From contig NC_043008.1 in assembly GCF_006345805.1 (NCBI RefSeq), forward strand, positions 41,850,001 to 41,914,000: a stretch of 64,000 bases of DNA, written 5' to 3'. Source of the stretch: Octopus sinensis. Taxonomy: Eukaryota. Positions within the stretch are counted from its first letter, which is position 1, and every line of letters starts with the position of its first letter. The notes beneath the pieces are model-generated. The model was not told the DNA's origin and ran no database searches. It saw only the letters and a program-made list of their open reading frames with translations. This document shows positions 13,084 to 26,036 of the stretch, piece after piece. A program made the translations under genes and the position numbers.

Positions 13084-14204
13084 CACACACACAGATAGGC
13101 AGAGAGAAAATTAAGATGCTAAAGACCCAAATGAAAGCGATGCTATCTGATTAGTAAGAATTTTCCAACGCTCTATGTAAATTACAGGTGTGGTGTTGTA
13201 TTAAATTAAACATGTTAGATTAATTGGTTGCTAACCTCAAAACAACATGCTCAGCAAATTTCCGGTAATTTCTTTAGTATTTAATGCTTTCCCAAAACCT
13301 TATTTTTATCTTTATTTAATTTTTTTTTGCTTCATTTATTATTGGTATCAGTAGCGGTGGTGGTGATGGTGATGGTGTTGGTGGTGACTGTTGCGCCGGA
13401 GGAGCTGGTAGTGGCGGTGTTGCTGATTTTGTTTATCAGTTTGCGCTCGTTATTTTTCAATCCTTCACTCTTTCCAACTAATTAGTGTTGCATAGCAAAC
13501 CTTAAAAGAAAGAGAAACAACATTCCGTAACCTTATTCCAAGACGAAAACACTACATTACTTTCTCTCATTTCATTGCGCTAAATGATTACAACGTAACC
13601 ATATAAGCGTGTGTGCGTGTGTGTGTGTGTGTATGTGTAGAAAGAAATTAAATCCTTAATCGAAAGCGAAAAAGAGATGGAAACAAAAAAAAAATAGATG
13701 GTTGTAAATAAATATATTTGGGGAAAAATACCAATTAAAAATACTCAGCTAAGAAAGAATGGATGACGATATATTTTAACACAAAAATGAAATGAGAAAA
13801 ACATCGGATTTAGATAAAAGCATAAACACACATACATACATATATATATATATATTGAGAGAGAGAGAGAGAAAGAGAGAGTCAGAGAGAGAGAGACAGA
13901 GAGAGACAGAGAGAATCTATGCTTATCTAGCAAATATATACGTATGCATATACATACATATATATGCGCATTTCTGTAAGAGCGTGTGTACTGTTCGGTG
14001 TTGTTGATCATTTTATCACTTTATAGGATAAATGCAAAAATGTTTATTGATGACTGGATTTCATCTTCAGTAATTTCGAGTTAATTATAATTTAAATAAT
14101 TTTCAGTTTATTTGGACTTCAAGCTGCGATTGCTTGGCTTGCTCATCGGGCGAAAATTGGCATCGCAATCAACTAATGCTTATGAAAATGTAAACACACA
14201 CATG

Positions 14205-14235
<31 letters not shown>

Positions 14236-14276
14236 TTCACACACTCGTATATATAGACACACACTTAAATATATGC

Positions 14277-14348
<72 letters not shown>

Positions 14349-14467
14349 GCATATGTATGGATATAAATGTATATATGTACATATCTGTGTATGTGTGTGT
14401 TTCTGTGAATGTGTATATATATATATATATATATATACTCAAAATAAGCAACAAGAATGACTCCGGT

Positions 14468-14558
14468 AATTTGGTACGATCGTTTCGTTCTACATCATTT
14501 TATTAAATGTTGTAAGTATTACAACATATTTAAGATGCTGAGTACTCATCAGCCAATT
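14468..14558 (-). ncRNA. Hammerhead ribozyme with intact canonical core and extended stem II
   Basis: Minus strand reads AATTGG CTGATGA GTACT...ATGTTGTAA-TAC-TTACAACAT...AGAAC GAAAC GATC GTA CCAAATT. Confidence 0.85.
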
Positions 14559-14692
14559 ATAGAGGTTTTCCATTCATACAAAAATGTTCAAATCAAGTGG
14601 CAACATTATAAAGAAGGTAGATATACAGACAAAGATGTAGATTTAAATTTTAAGAACATATGAGGTAGTGAAATCCTTCCACTGACTGACTA

Positions 14693-14725
<33 letters not shown>

Positions 14726-14829
14726 AATATATATATGAATATGTATGTGCGTGTGTGCGCGCTGTGTATAGCTCGTTCGCTTTGAGATTTCACCCTGTGC
14801 TATCCAACAGTACTGTTATAAGTACTTCC

Positions 14830-15405
14830 AGATTCGCATATGAAACCAACCATGAAAAGCAAATCAACAGTACAAAGAAAGAAATCAAATGCCAATCCCT
14901 TTTGAACGGCAACCGCATAACAGTAGCAGGATCACCATCCCACTACATCGACACATTGGAAGCAGTTTACCAACGGCCCTTCAACAACAACACACCCTAA
15001 TAAGCTCAGTGACTACTCCTAAATTCAGGCCACCGCAGGTCAAGAGGGTGTTCTTGAAGCCGAGAATATGAACTTACGGAGACAATATTTACATATCGCT
15101 GAGGAAACACAACTAGATCTCATAATGCAGAGAAACGGATACGTAATCAAGTACCTGCATTCCTGGAGAACTACGTTGTGTGGAAACAATTGCAATGATT
15201 GAAAATAAATGTCCAACTGTACTCCTTCTCGTTGACTCCAAAGTTTTTCAACTCGGCCGAAATTGTGAGGATAATCTGGTGCTTGATTGAGGAAAGAATG
15301 ACCCGTCCTTGTTTTCTTTGTATCGTCTATCTGGGTGTTTTGTTGTCCCATTTTTGTATCACCTAGCTGTCCGGATGTTTTGCGTTCTTCTCCCATTTTG
15401 TATTT
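14830..15405 (+). mobile_element. Decayed Penelope-like 3' fragment (GIY-YIG C-terminus plus pLTR)
   Basis: Frame-shifted peptides KQINST / ERQPHNSSR / TL(N)KLS resemble the PLE endonuclease end; T-rich terminus abuts (TA)n. Confidence 0.45.
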
Positions 15406-15421
15406 CATATATATATATATA

Positions 15422-15549
15422 TCACGTGATCGCGTGACCGACCAGACCATCAGATGTTGTTACACATTGCTGGTCACAATGCGTTCGCATTGTTTTAGCC
15501 TTCGAATGACGCCACCCCACTGGCTAAGCGAGCAGGCCAACAGAAGAAA
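15422..15549 (-). mobile_element. SINE tail-3 fragment, 5'-truncated
   Basis: Matches 62419-62546. Confidence 0.8.
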
Positions 15550-15827
15550 CCTTAATTTAACATTCTCACACGCGTGCACGCGCACAACAGATTATTGTAA
15601 CAACATGTTACAACGTGTACACACAATATAAATAACAGGCAAAAAATTGCAACAATCGCCAATAAGCGTTCTAATCATAAAAATGCGGCTGAATATATTT
15701 TATCTTCATATAAAAAGATTATGAAACTGGATATTATTTTTGGCTGAGTATTGAGAGGAAAAGATACGATATCAACTTTGGTATACATCTCGATGTAGAT
15801 CCATGTTCACACATGGATCTACACATT

Positions 15828-16545
15828 TGGTTTGAAATCTTGGCAGAAGGGCAGCAATTTTGAGAGAGTGGGTGAGTCGATTACTCAACTGGTACTTATT
15901 TTATTGACCTCGAAAGGATGAAAGGCAAAATGTACCACGGCGGAATTTAAAGAAAGTAAAGTCGAACGAAATACCTATTTCTTTACCACCCACAAGGGGC
16001 TAAACACAGAGAGGGAAAACAAGGACAGACAAAGGGATTAAGTCGATTACATCGACCCCAGTATGTAACTGGTACTTATTTAATCGACCCCGAAAGGATG
16101 CAAGGCAAAGTCAACCTCGGCAGAATTTGAACTCAGAACGTAAAGACAGACGAAATACCTATTTCTATTTCTTTATTACCCACAAGGGGCTAAACACAGA
16201 GGGGACAAACAAGGACAGACATAGGTATTAAGTCGATTACATCGACCCCAATGCGTAACTGATACTTAATTTATCGACTCCGAAAGGATGAAAGGCAAAG
16301 TCGACCTCGGCGGAATTTGAATTCACAACGTAACGCAGACGAAATACCGCTAAGCATTTCGCCCAGCGTGCTAACGTTTCTGCCAGCTCGCCGCTTTAAA
16401 CATGGCTCTACAAATCGGTTTGAAATTTCGGCACAAGGCCAGCAATTTCAGGGGAAAGGTGAGTCGATTACATCAATTCCAGTTCTTAACTGGTATTTAT
16501 TTTATCGACCCAGAATGATGAAAGTCGAACAAGGCAGAATTTGAG
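15828..16545 (-). mobile_element. SINE family B multimer with internal tandem units of about 185 bp
   Basis: 15965-16150 and 16150-16330 are near-identical repeats. Confidence 0.85.
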
Positions 16546-16999
16546 CCCAATGGGTTTCTTTCAATTTCCGTTAATGGAAACCATTCTCCAGGCTTTAGTC
16601 GGCTCGGGATCATGGTGGTAGACAATCGCTGCAAAAGATGCCATGCAGTGGTACTGAACCCGGAGCTCTTCGGTTTGAAAACAATCTTTTTACCACGCCC
16701 GCGTCAGTTATATGTACAAAGTTCGTAAAATCGGCAATAAGAGATATAATACGAAGATTTCCGCTTACCAAAGATTGAGCTGTACGTTGTTCACCAGAAG
16801 GTGTATTTAGCAATATGGTGGCTGCCCCCTCGTTATCAAGTATGGGCATTGCACGGAGCTTAATCAATGTTGTTATCATGCAATGCCTGTGCAAGAAGAT
16901 TTTTTTTAAAGTGAGGAAATGCTGTGCACTGAGTCAATCCCACTCACTAAGCAACAGCAGCCATAATCCGAAAAGAAGAACAAGTCAACATCATCGGTA

Positions 17000-17555
17000 A
17001 CTACTGAGCCGCAGGTTTTATGTCGGAGTTATCCCAGTTACCTGAGTTTCCTTCTCCTAGAAGGATGCCCTAACAAAGGCTAGGAGTCGTTCACTCCTAA
17101 TGGTTTAACCGCGCGATCAGGTATTCAGTCCGATTATTTCTATGTCCCTGAGCATGATACATCCTTAAGACATTTATTGGATGGCCGTTGGCTCTCAAGA
17201 GTTCCTCCGCCCTTTGACGGGTTTTGTTTTTCATCCCGCAGGGTGACCAATAAACACCCTCCCCACAAAGCAAGCTTGATGGGCGAAATGCGTAGCCGTA
17301 TTTCATCTGCCGTTACGTTCTGAGTTCAAATTCCACCGAGGTCGACTTTGCCTTTCATCCTTTTGTGGTCGAAAAATTAAGTACCAGTTACGCACTGGGG
17401 TCGATGTCATCGACTTAATCCGTTTGTCTGTCCTTATTTGTCCCCTTTATGTTTAGCCCCTTGTGGGTAGTAAAGAAATAGGTTTAGTCGCCGACGACCC
17501 GACCATGCAACAGGTTGTACTGGGTTACATGTTACCAGTAGCACTCGAAAGTGAC
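17000..17555 (-). mobile_element. RTE-like 5' UTR remnant interrupted by a SINE B copy (17281-17482, plus strand)
   Basis: Minus-strand GGGCATCCTTCTAGGAGAAGGAAACTC and CTTGCTTTGTGGGGAGGG resemble RTE-clade 5' UTR motifs as I recall them; not verified. Confidence 0.4.
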
Positions 17556-18386
17556 AATATAAGGGAATATATACATCACTTCAGTTTAGAATTACCGTTC
17601 ATTTTCCCTTTTGCTTAAAGTTTACTCCTTTTGTGAAGTATTTAAAAGAAAATAATCCAGAAGTTTTATTCCTTTCTTAATGACTTCACTCTTTAGAATA
17701 TAATGTGCGTTAGTGTATCCGAGCCAATATCTTACCAATATCAGACTGTTAGCGAGAACTCTCCACATGTTCTCAGAGACAAAACTGCAGTACCAGGTCA
17801 GTGATAGTAAACGAATTCAGGACATCTACATACTGATATTACGATTATATATCTCATATTTTCTTCTCTGTCATTATAACTAGACTTTGATATGTTCAAA
17901 GTTCATATATGAATTATAATGGAGTGAAATCAATGCCTTATTGCCTGGAATGAAATACCAATAGAAATACAAATACTCGATTATTATCAAGAAATATCAC
18001 TAATGTATTTGGCGTCTGAGTATATAAAGTAAATATTTGCAATTTCAGAACTACAACAAAATTATATATTAGTAATAAACCATTTTAATCGGATTTCTAT
18101 GAGTTCAGTCAATAATATGAAACTATGAGTCAGAGATGTCATCTTTAGTTCCATATAAGAATAAATTTATACCGATTTATTACGTTGGAGCGAGTCTAAA
18201 AATTTAATTTTATAGATTCTTGAAGAATGGAAACCAAAGTCAACCATGCCGAGATTGAGATTAGATCATAAACAAATGAATCTAACAAATGATTCTAAAG
18301 GGAGCTGATAAAGATACCAAGTATAAAGATAAGTAAAAAGGTTCAAATAAAGAGGGTGTCCCATATCAGCAAAAAAAAAAAAACTA

Positions 18387-18788
18387 GGATCTTTTCGGTT
18401 TGAGCGGCAGTTTTTTCTAGCGGTGTCATGTGAAATATTCACCCATAATTATGACCCTAGTATCGATCTATTGCATTTCAATCTGTTTTAGGGTTATGGT
18501 TAGGGTTAGGGGCGGGAGGAAGGGTATCTTTTCTCATCCGAAATGTAAATAAACCCAATCTGTTTCTTAAACGAGGGACATATTCATACGGCACAGGATG
18601 CCGTATGGTTGAAATTGCAGAAATTGAAGAAAAAAAAACAACAAATATCTTACAAACTATAGAATTTTCTCAATAAAGCCAAGAGAAAAAGATATTTTAT
18701 AAACACATTCTACCAGTATACGAAGTTTAAAAGTGTTTAGTTACGTGGAAATTATTTTTAAAAACTGCCGTTCAAACCGAAAAGATTC
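18387..18788. mobile_element. MITE with ~28-bp TIRs, 7-8 bp TSD and internal telomere-like repeats
   Basis: TIR GGATCTTTTCGGTTTGAGCGGCAGTTTTT / AAAAACTGCCGTTCAAACCGAAAAGATTC; flank AAAACTA(G) on both sides; TTAGGG-like repeats at 18488-18511. Confidence 0.85.
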
Positions 18789-18868
18789 AAAACTAGGATT
18801 TATGATGCAGTATACAGAAAAAATCGAATAACTATATAAAATGCATGGGTATAGGTAAATGTTAGCTT

Positions 18869-19460
18869 ATATATTGTGTCATCCCATAAATAATGCGACT
18901 TTTTTTATACTTCTTTTAATTTACAAAATTAAGATAAAGTTCTTTTTAAATCTAAAATATACTCTCCTTCAATTTCTACAATGCTCTTCCTTCTGTATGG
19001 TAGACTTGCAAAGCTCCTCTTCCAAAATTCAAACGTCCATTACGAAAAATACTCCTCCAGTACTGTTCTGACCTCATCTACAGAATTCATATTTTCCCGT
19101 CCAAATGATTTTGAAGACTGCGGAATAAATGATAATCAGATAGAGTAATATCCGGCGAATATGGTGGGTTGGGCATCGTTTCCAATTCAAACTGCTCCAG
19201 CTTTAGGAATGTCATCCTCGTTGTATGTGGCGGAGCATTATCATGATGGAAGAACACCTTTTGTCATGAAACCAAAGGTGGTTGTTTTTTTTTTGTTTTT
19301 TTTTTTCTAGAGCTGACTTAAGCTGCTCAAGCTGATTGCAGTAGATCTCCTTTGTTATTGTTTGGTGTGGGTTTAAAATTTCAAAGTGGGCTAAAACTTT
19401 CATATCCCACCAAACAGACAACAACACCTTATGTCAGTGAAGCCCTTCTTTAACCTGGAG
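18869..19460 (-). mobile_element. mariner (DD34D) 3' half, decayed
   Basis: LLSVWWDMK...YCNQLEQL, then HHDNAPP and PPYSPDI-like motifs; TIR-like GTCATCCCATAA near 18877. Confidence 0.8.
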
Positions 19461-20368
19461 TGCCGCTGATTATCCCGTGGGCATATGGCGTATTGGTTAA
19501 ATATAGACCTATAAAATGAATGGCTTTAGATAGATCGAGATTGTATACCGACGGATAAAACAAAAACTGAAGACCGTACACAAGAGGAAGAATACATATA
19601 ATGCATAGATTAAAGAACATTGGGTGCCGCTTGAATATAAGGAATGAAACTTCAATTTATAATCCTCTAGCTCCAATGTAAGGACCAAATTAAGGAAGCG
19701 GAATTTCTAATTAGAAAATTCTTTCATCACAAAGCGAATCTATTCCCGTGGTCTTTGTCTTATCTTAACTCCTTCACAAACTTTTCGTTTCTCACATGGT
19801 ACTTCTTTTTAAGATTCTCTCCCAACATTTTGAATCGTGCGTTATTCACACAAGAAGCACCTCGAGATTCTGCATACATTATAATATATGTGTACTGAAT
19901 TTGTGTATGTGTCTCTGTGTGTGTGTGAGTGAGTGTGTGCGTGTAAGTGCTATTGAATTACATTCTTTGTGCTAATTAACTTTATTGAGAGTCCAAGGAA
20001 TCTAAACTGAAAATGTAAACACTTGAAATAACACCCACCCCACCCCCACTACTATCACCACCACCACCATACATTTACACTTCTCTTGAATTATTTACTC
20101 TACTTTTGCTTTGTTACCATCCTTTTTCGCAAATAATTCGTCGCCACCTTGGTTTCTCTACTGACAAATGTTCATTGATCAGCCGACGTTACTCTTATAC
20201 AAAGTGTAATCAGCACGCAACAAGAAGCTTAAAGTTGACATTCTATATCTTTCAGCATTGTTTATATATATATATATACATACACACACACATATACTTA
20301 CATATATGCGTGTGTGTGTATATGGATATATATCTATGAATGCATATACATACATACATATATATATA

Positions 20369-20553
20369 ATCAAAATAAGCAACAAGAATAACTTCGGTAA
20401 TTTGGTACGATCGTTTCACGCTACATTATTTTATTAAATATTGTTGCTTATTTTGATTATGATCACCCCATGGATTTATATGGATAACACCATACAAAAT
20501 TCTTGTGCATCTGACTTAAGTATCATATTCATTTGAATCCAAATTTTGCTTAA

Positions 20554-20557
<4 letters not shown>
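20369..20557. mobile_element. PLE remnant related to 14437-14560, with inverted terminus
   Basis: About 75 bp shared with 14437-14512 (includes the HHR 3' half). ATCAAAATAAGCAACAA / TTGTTGCTTATTTTGAT inverted repeat. Confidence 0.7.
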
Positions 20558-20602
<45 letters not shown>

Positions 20603-20661
20603 TTTTTTCAGAATGGGATAAAAACAAGGCTGTGAAGGTTTTATAACGTTATAAATAGAAA

Positions 20662-20709
20662 GTCTTACAGCTGTTTCTGGGATAGTTTTTATATCCCTTC
20701 ATCGGAGAC
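20662..20709 (-). ncRNA. Minimal hammerhead ribozyme (CCGAUGA core variant)
   Basis: Minus strand reads GTCT CCGATGA A GGGATA-7nt-TATCCC A GAAAC AGCT GTA AGAC. Upstream LNTIGIYPQGI peptide resembles a PLE endonuclease end. Confidence 0.8.
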
Positions 20710-21400
20710 GGTGTGAGAAGATGGTTATGCAATAGTTAATTTAGATAAGATATGAAATAGAGAGTGAAGTGGAGGAATGAAAATTGATGTGAGATATGCA
20801 AGGATATTGCATTTGTAGATCCATTATTTAGGCAGAATGGTATACATTTAAGATTCTAATACCTTGTGGGTAAATTCCAATAGTATTTAAAATTGGTCAT
20901 TCCATGTATAGTGTTTGTACACAGTGCTATTGAATCGAGGGTTTATTTAAAGTGACCTAAAAGTAGGGAATGTATTTGTAAAGGTCAAATCGAAAACAGG
21001 AAGAGAGGAATAAATAGAAAAGAAAAGCAAGGAGAGAGATAATAAAGAAGTGAACCATTTAGTGGTCAGTCAAGATAAATTGATAGTAGGAATAGGGAGG
21101 GGAGGGTGATAAAGAGAGAAAGATGTGAGAGTGTAAAAAGATGATAGGGTAAAGAGTAAAGGAGTGTCTGATAGAATGAATGGGGGTCATAGAGAAAGAG
21201 GTATAATAGTGTAAAAAAGAAAAGGAGTGTCAGGTATGTAGTGATAGAGCCTAAGTGATGGGGAAGAGAGAGGGTGTAGGGGTAGTAATATGGTGGAATG
21301 AAGAATTTGGGAATATAGATTAGGTTGGTTGGACAGGTCAGTGCTTAGAAGTAGAAGAAAATATATAGGTGAAGATGTATACAGATGCATATATTAAATA

Positions 21401-21439
<39 letters not shown>

Positions 21440-22215
21440 ACATCTACACATACAACTCGTATTCATAGGTATATGTACATATGTGGAGATGGACATTGGT
21501 AATCGTTACGTTATGGCTGCTGAAGAAAAGGACAATGGTGATGACGACCGTGATAAGGGTATTTTAAATTACTTACATAAAACCATTTTTATTATCGTGT
21601 ACTTTCCCACTAACCAAAAAATAGAAAGCAGTCTAGTAGTAGTAGTAGCAGTAGTTGTGGGGGGACGGTGGTGGTGGTGGAGGAAGGGGGCTGCAGCAGT
21701 GGTGGTGGTGGTGGTGGTGGTGGTGGTGGTATTTTCGTTCATAAAGCGAAATTTATTTTGTGACCACATGGCATCTGAACCTCAATCGTTTACACTCCTT
21801 ATTACATCCGGTTGGCTTTTTATGGTCTTGTCAAACGATTTTTATTCTTGAGTATCAGCCATAATACTTTTAACTATGAGCATGTGTGTGTGTGCGCGCG
21901 TGTGTATGTGTATGTGTGCACATATACATAATATAAACATGTATGTATGTATTTTCTGTGCTAAAAACAAACTGTAAACTGTAATAAAAAGCTCAATATC
22001 ATTTAGTAGAATATAACATTGGCGAAATTTCTATTGCGATATCCTACATCAGGGCCTCAATATGGCTCGACAGTGGCAATGTCTACGGCGGAGAGATGCT
22101 GTCTCGCAGAAGTAGATGCAGAATCGATTCGCTTAGAGCCTGGAAGCTGGCTCCACTGGAGAGATAACTACTGCCTGCTTGCCCAACCTGCGATATGGCT
22201 TCATTTTAAAACAGA

Positions 22216-22449
22216 AGGCGACGAGCTGGCAGAAACGTTAGCACGCCGGGCGAAATTCTTAGCGGTAATTCGTCTGTCGTTACGTTCTAAGTTCAAATTC
22301 CGCCGAGGTCGACCTTGCCTTTCATCCTTTCGGGGTCGATAAATACAGAAACAGTTTCGGACTGGGGTCGATGCAATTGAATTGATCCCTTTGTCTGTCC
22401 TTGCTTGTCCCCTCTATGTTTAGCCCCTTATGGGCAGTAAAGAAATATA
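22216..22449 (+). mobile_element. SINE family B, full-length with TSD
   Basis: GGCGACGAGCTGGCAGAAACGTTAG head, GTTCAAATTCC B box, TSD TTAAAACAGA (22206-22215 and 22450-22459). Confidence 0.9.
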
Positions 22450-22685
22450 TTAAAACAGAGATAATGCAGGGAAACGAACAGGCAGCGAAATCTGAGCGAC
22501 CAGATGTTGCCAAGTATCTCAGGTATAGTTATAGACAAAGAAACTTAGTATGACTCTTGTAATGGGGGAGAAAGTTAAAATCAAATATGACGTATTAGGT
22601 CACTATAAAACAATTTAGAGACGAATGACCAGAAGTGACCCATGGTTGAGAATAGCAGTATGAATACCCAAATTGTGAAGTCAGT

Positions 22686-23099
22686 TCTTTTACTCTTTTA
22701 CTCTTTTACTTGTTTCAGTCATTTGACTGCGGCCATGCTGGAGCACCGCCTTTACTCAAGCAAATCGACCCCGGGACTTATTCTTTGTAAGCCCAGTACT
22801 TATTCTATCGGTCTCTTTTGCCGAACCGCTAAGTGACGGGTACGTAAACACACCAGCATCGGTTGTCAAGCAATGCTATGGGGACAAACACAGACACACA
22901 AACATATACACACACACTTATATATATATACATATATACGACAGGCTTCTTTCAGTTTCCGTCTACCAAATCCACTCACAAGGCTATGGTCGGCCCGGGG
23001 CTATAGCAGAATACACTTGTCCAAGATGCCACGCAGTGGGACTGAACCCGGAACCATATGGTTGGTTAGCAAGCTACTTATCACACAGCTTCTCCTGCG
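22686..23099 (-). mobile_element. SINE family A (tRNA head, CORE-like CTTGGGCAAGT, internal microsatellite)
   Basis: Matches 46598-47020. Confidence 0.9.
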
Positions 23100-23687
23100 T
23101 TATGTAATAACATGAAATTAGTTACCCGATAGTAAGAATTTAAATAAAGTAACCCGAAAGGGTCTTTAATGCGTTCTCAGTGTATATAGAACATAGGTGG
23201 AAATATTAATAAGATATGTATACTAAAATCGTGAAGCATGTTACAAAATAACAGGCTAATTAGATATGAGATAATAACTGTTCAAATTAAATAACTCTGA
23301 AAAGGGCTTCAGTTCGTTCCCAGAGAATATTATCCTGAGGGTCGCTTGTGTTGGTATATTCATGAATAAGTCACTAACCGAAATATGTGGATATATTGTT
23401 CAGGAGAATACTATTTACTTGTTTAAGTGTTGTACTCGAATAGTTCAAGTACTAAGAAATAAGCATACTCAATCTCATTTTTACCAAATATATTAGGAAA
23501 ATGAATTGGTTATTTGCCTTGGCTTTATATAAGGATCCCTTCCAGGGGCCCTATTATCTCTTTTTTTTTCAACAATCTGAGTATGCTATGAGGTTTCCAG
23601 ACCTGAGTTCTACTCACATGTCAAGTTTCATCAAAATCCATAAAACGGCGTAGGAGGATTTAGCTAACACCCACAGACAGAATTTCC

Positions 23688-23726
<39 letters not shown>

Positions 23727-23761
23727 GTGTGTGTGTTTGTGTGTGTGTGCGTGTGTGTGTG

Positions 23762-23795
<34 letters not shown>

Positions 23796-23801
23796 GTGAG
23801 T

Positions 23802-24038
23802 GTGCTTAGTGGATAGGGTGTCAGCATCATGGTCGTAGGATTGTGATTTCGATTCCTGGACAGGGCGACGTGTTGTGTTCTTGAGCAAAACACTTCATTT
23901 CACGTTGCTCCAGTCCACTCAGCTGGCAAAAATGAGTAACGCTGCGATGGACTGGTGTCCCGTCCAGCCGGGGAACACATACGCCATTGAAACCGGGAAT
24001 CCGGTCCCATGAGCCTGGCTAGGCTTTAAAAGGGTGCA
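23802..24038 (+). mobile_element. tRNA-derived SINE (head 2 + tail 2)
   Basis: Matches 50980-51213; tail shared with 2107-2412. Confidence 0.85.
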
Positions 24039-24150
24039 TTTATTATTCATTTATTAATAGTAAGTAAAGCGAACATGGAATATATATAATCAGTAAAGGT
24101 TATTATCACGATGCAGTTATGAGGAATTTTAAGTAATGATCTAATGACCA

Positions 24151-24375
24151 TACGAGGGGCGGGGTTCTGAAAACATGCTGACATTGGGTAAAATCAAATA
24201 TCGGAGGATCAGTCAACTATGATTTTATTCAGCATAATCTCCTCTCAGTTGCACACACACCTATTGCAGCGGTGGTTCAATTTCTCTAAGCCCTGTAAAA
24301 GAACTCGGAAAGTTGAGCTGACCAGAACTTTCGTGATCCCTTTAAAGCCAGGAACTCTTCAGCACTGCCTCGCTA
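24151..24375. mobile_element. mariner-derived MITE, decayed
   Basis: TACGAGGGG..TCTGAAAA..CTG and AAAGCCAGGAACTCTTCAGCACTGCCTCG form imperfect TIRs. Confidence 0.6.
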
Positions 24376-25967
24376 GTTATTCACACACCACCATGATTCG
24401 ATTGGATTTTGGTCCCAAAAATAATCAGTTCGCTCCTAGGCTAATCCCCGAAGACATCATCTATGGATAGAGTATCGAGATCAAATCGCATATAATCATG
24501 TAACACATAATCCTTTGTTAAACCATTTCAAGGCGGATGTCTACGCGATCCAGCATATTTTATAATTTCTTTCATTATTTGTGTATGCATGTAGGTAGGC
24601 ACAGTTTTATAGAACAGTTTTCGTTTACCAAATTTATTCAGAAAGCATTGGATAGCCCGGGTCTACAAAAGACTATTGCACAAGGTGTCATTCAGTGTGA
24701 TTGAACCCCGAACCAGTAGTTCTTAAAGCTTCTTAAACAAACAAATCGTATTCAATTTTGCAGTTTTTAGTATTGCTTACTCTAGCTTGTTTATTTCCCT
24801 AATTGCTTCACCTAGATTATCTAAAACCAAAGAGACGGGTCCACATAAAGAGCGAATTATTTCAGATACAAACAGGTTAATTACAGGATACGAAATGCTG
24901 ACCTCCCAGTTATAGTTTACAACCAATCAGTTCGGTCATCAGCAGTTTTCTCTTTCAGAAAAGGAGTTATTTTGACGACGAGTAAACTGACTGAATATAG
25001 CTTTCGATAATTTTGGGAAAGAATAGGAGAATTAGAAAAGGAAGAAAAGGAGATAGCGATGAAGGAGAGAAGGGAGAGGGGAAAGAACCGAAGGGGCAAC
25101 AAATGTAGAAGGAGCAGGAGGAAGGGAAACTAACTTCATATTGAAGAATATGAATATATAGTTTAAATACAATCACATATGAATGTATGTTTACCCGTAT
25201 ATGAGTGTATATATATATATATATATTCATATGCACACATATATATATACACATATATATGCATAAATACATGCATGTATACATACATGTTTATGCATGT
25301 ATGTATACATATATATACATACATAGTTATATGTATATGTATTTATAAATACGTATGTGTGTATGTATATAAATAGATTATACAGGTATTTATGTGTGGG
25401 TGTGTGGGTGTGTGGGTGTTTGCGCGTATATTTCATAATAAAATATATACCTCTGTATAAAGATCTATGTGTGTATACGTATGTTTATGCACATACTTAA
25501 ATTTACTATATTTGATGTGTGTGTATATGGGCATACACGTGCACACAGCCCCGAATCCCATCCCACCCCCACCCACATGCACATTCATTCAGACTAATTA
25601 GGTGATCAAGCTGTGATGCAAGCAGCAAAGGGAGACTTAAAATGTGCACCACTTATAGTTAATTAGATCAAATTAGTGCTAAAACCTGCTATAATAAAAA
25701 AAAAACTGTACGAATGATCATCCCAAGCAAAAGATATTTAAAAATGCATTCTGAAGTAGTTTGATATTATTTTTCGAAATGTTTTCACCGTTTCTTTCAG
25801 TATGTTCAAATATAAATTTTAATGTTTTTCTAATGATTGCAAGAAAATATAGGCGAGAGAAATACACTATAATACACTAAATATAAAATTAAAACATAAT
25901 TATTTATATATATATCTATCTATCTATCTATCTATATATTTATATATGTATTATATCTATCTATCTA

Positions 25968-26034
<67 letters not shown>

Positions 26035-26036
<2 letters not shown>

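Noticed and set aside
15157-15197. Possible HHR CTGGAGA...GAAACAATTGCA
   Set aside because: Core, stem II and the triplet are all mismatched; at best a dead relic.
17482-17555. HDV-like ribozyme at the 5' end of the RTE-like remnant
   Set aside because: Hairpins exist, but I could not build P1/P1.1 or the L3 pyrimidine pairing.
24905-24948. Minus-strand CTGATGACCGA...TTGG..GTAAAC
   Set aside because: No proper GAAA or stem I closure.
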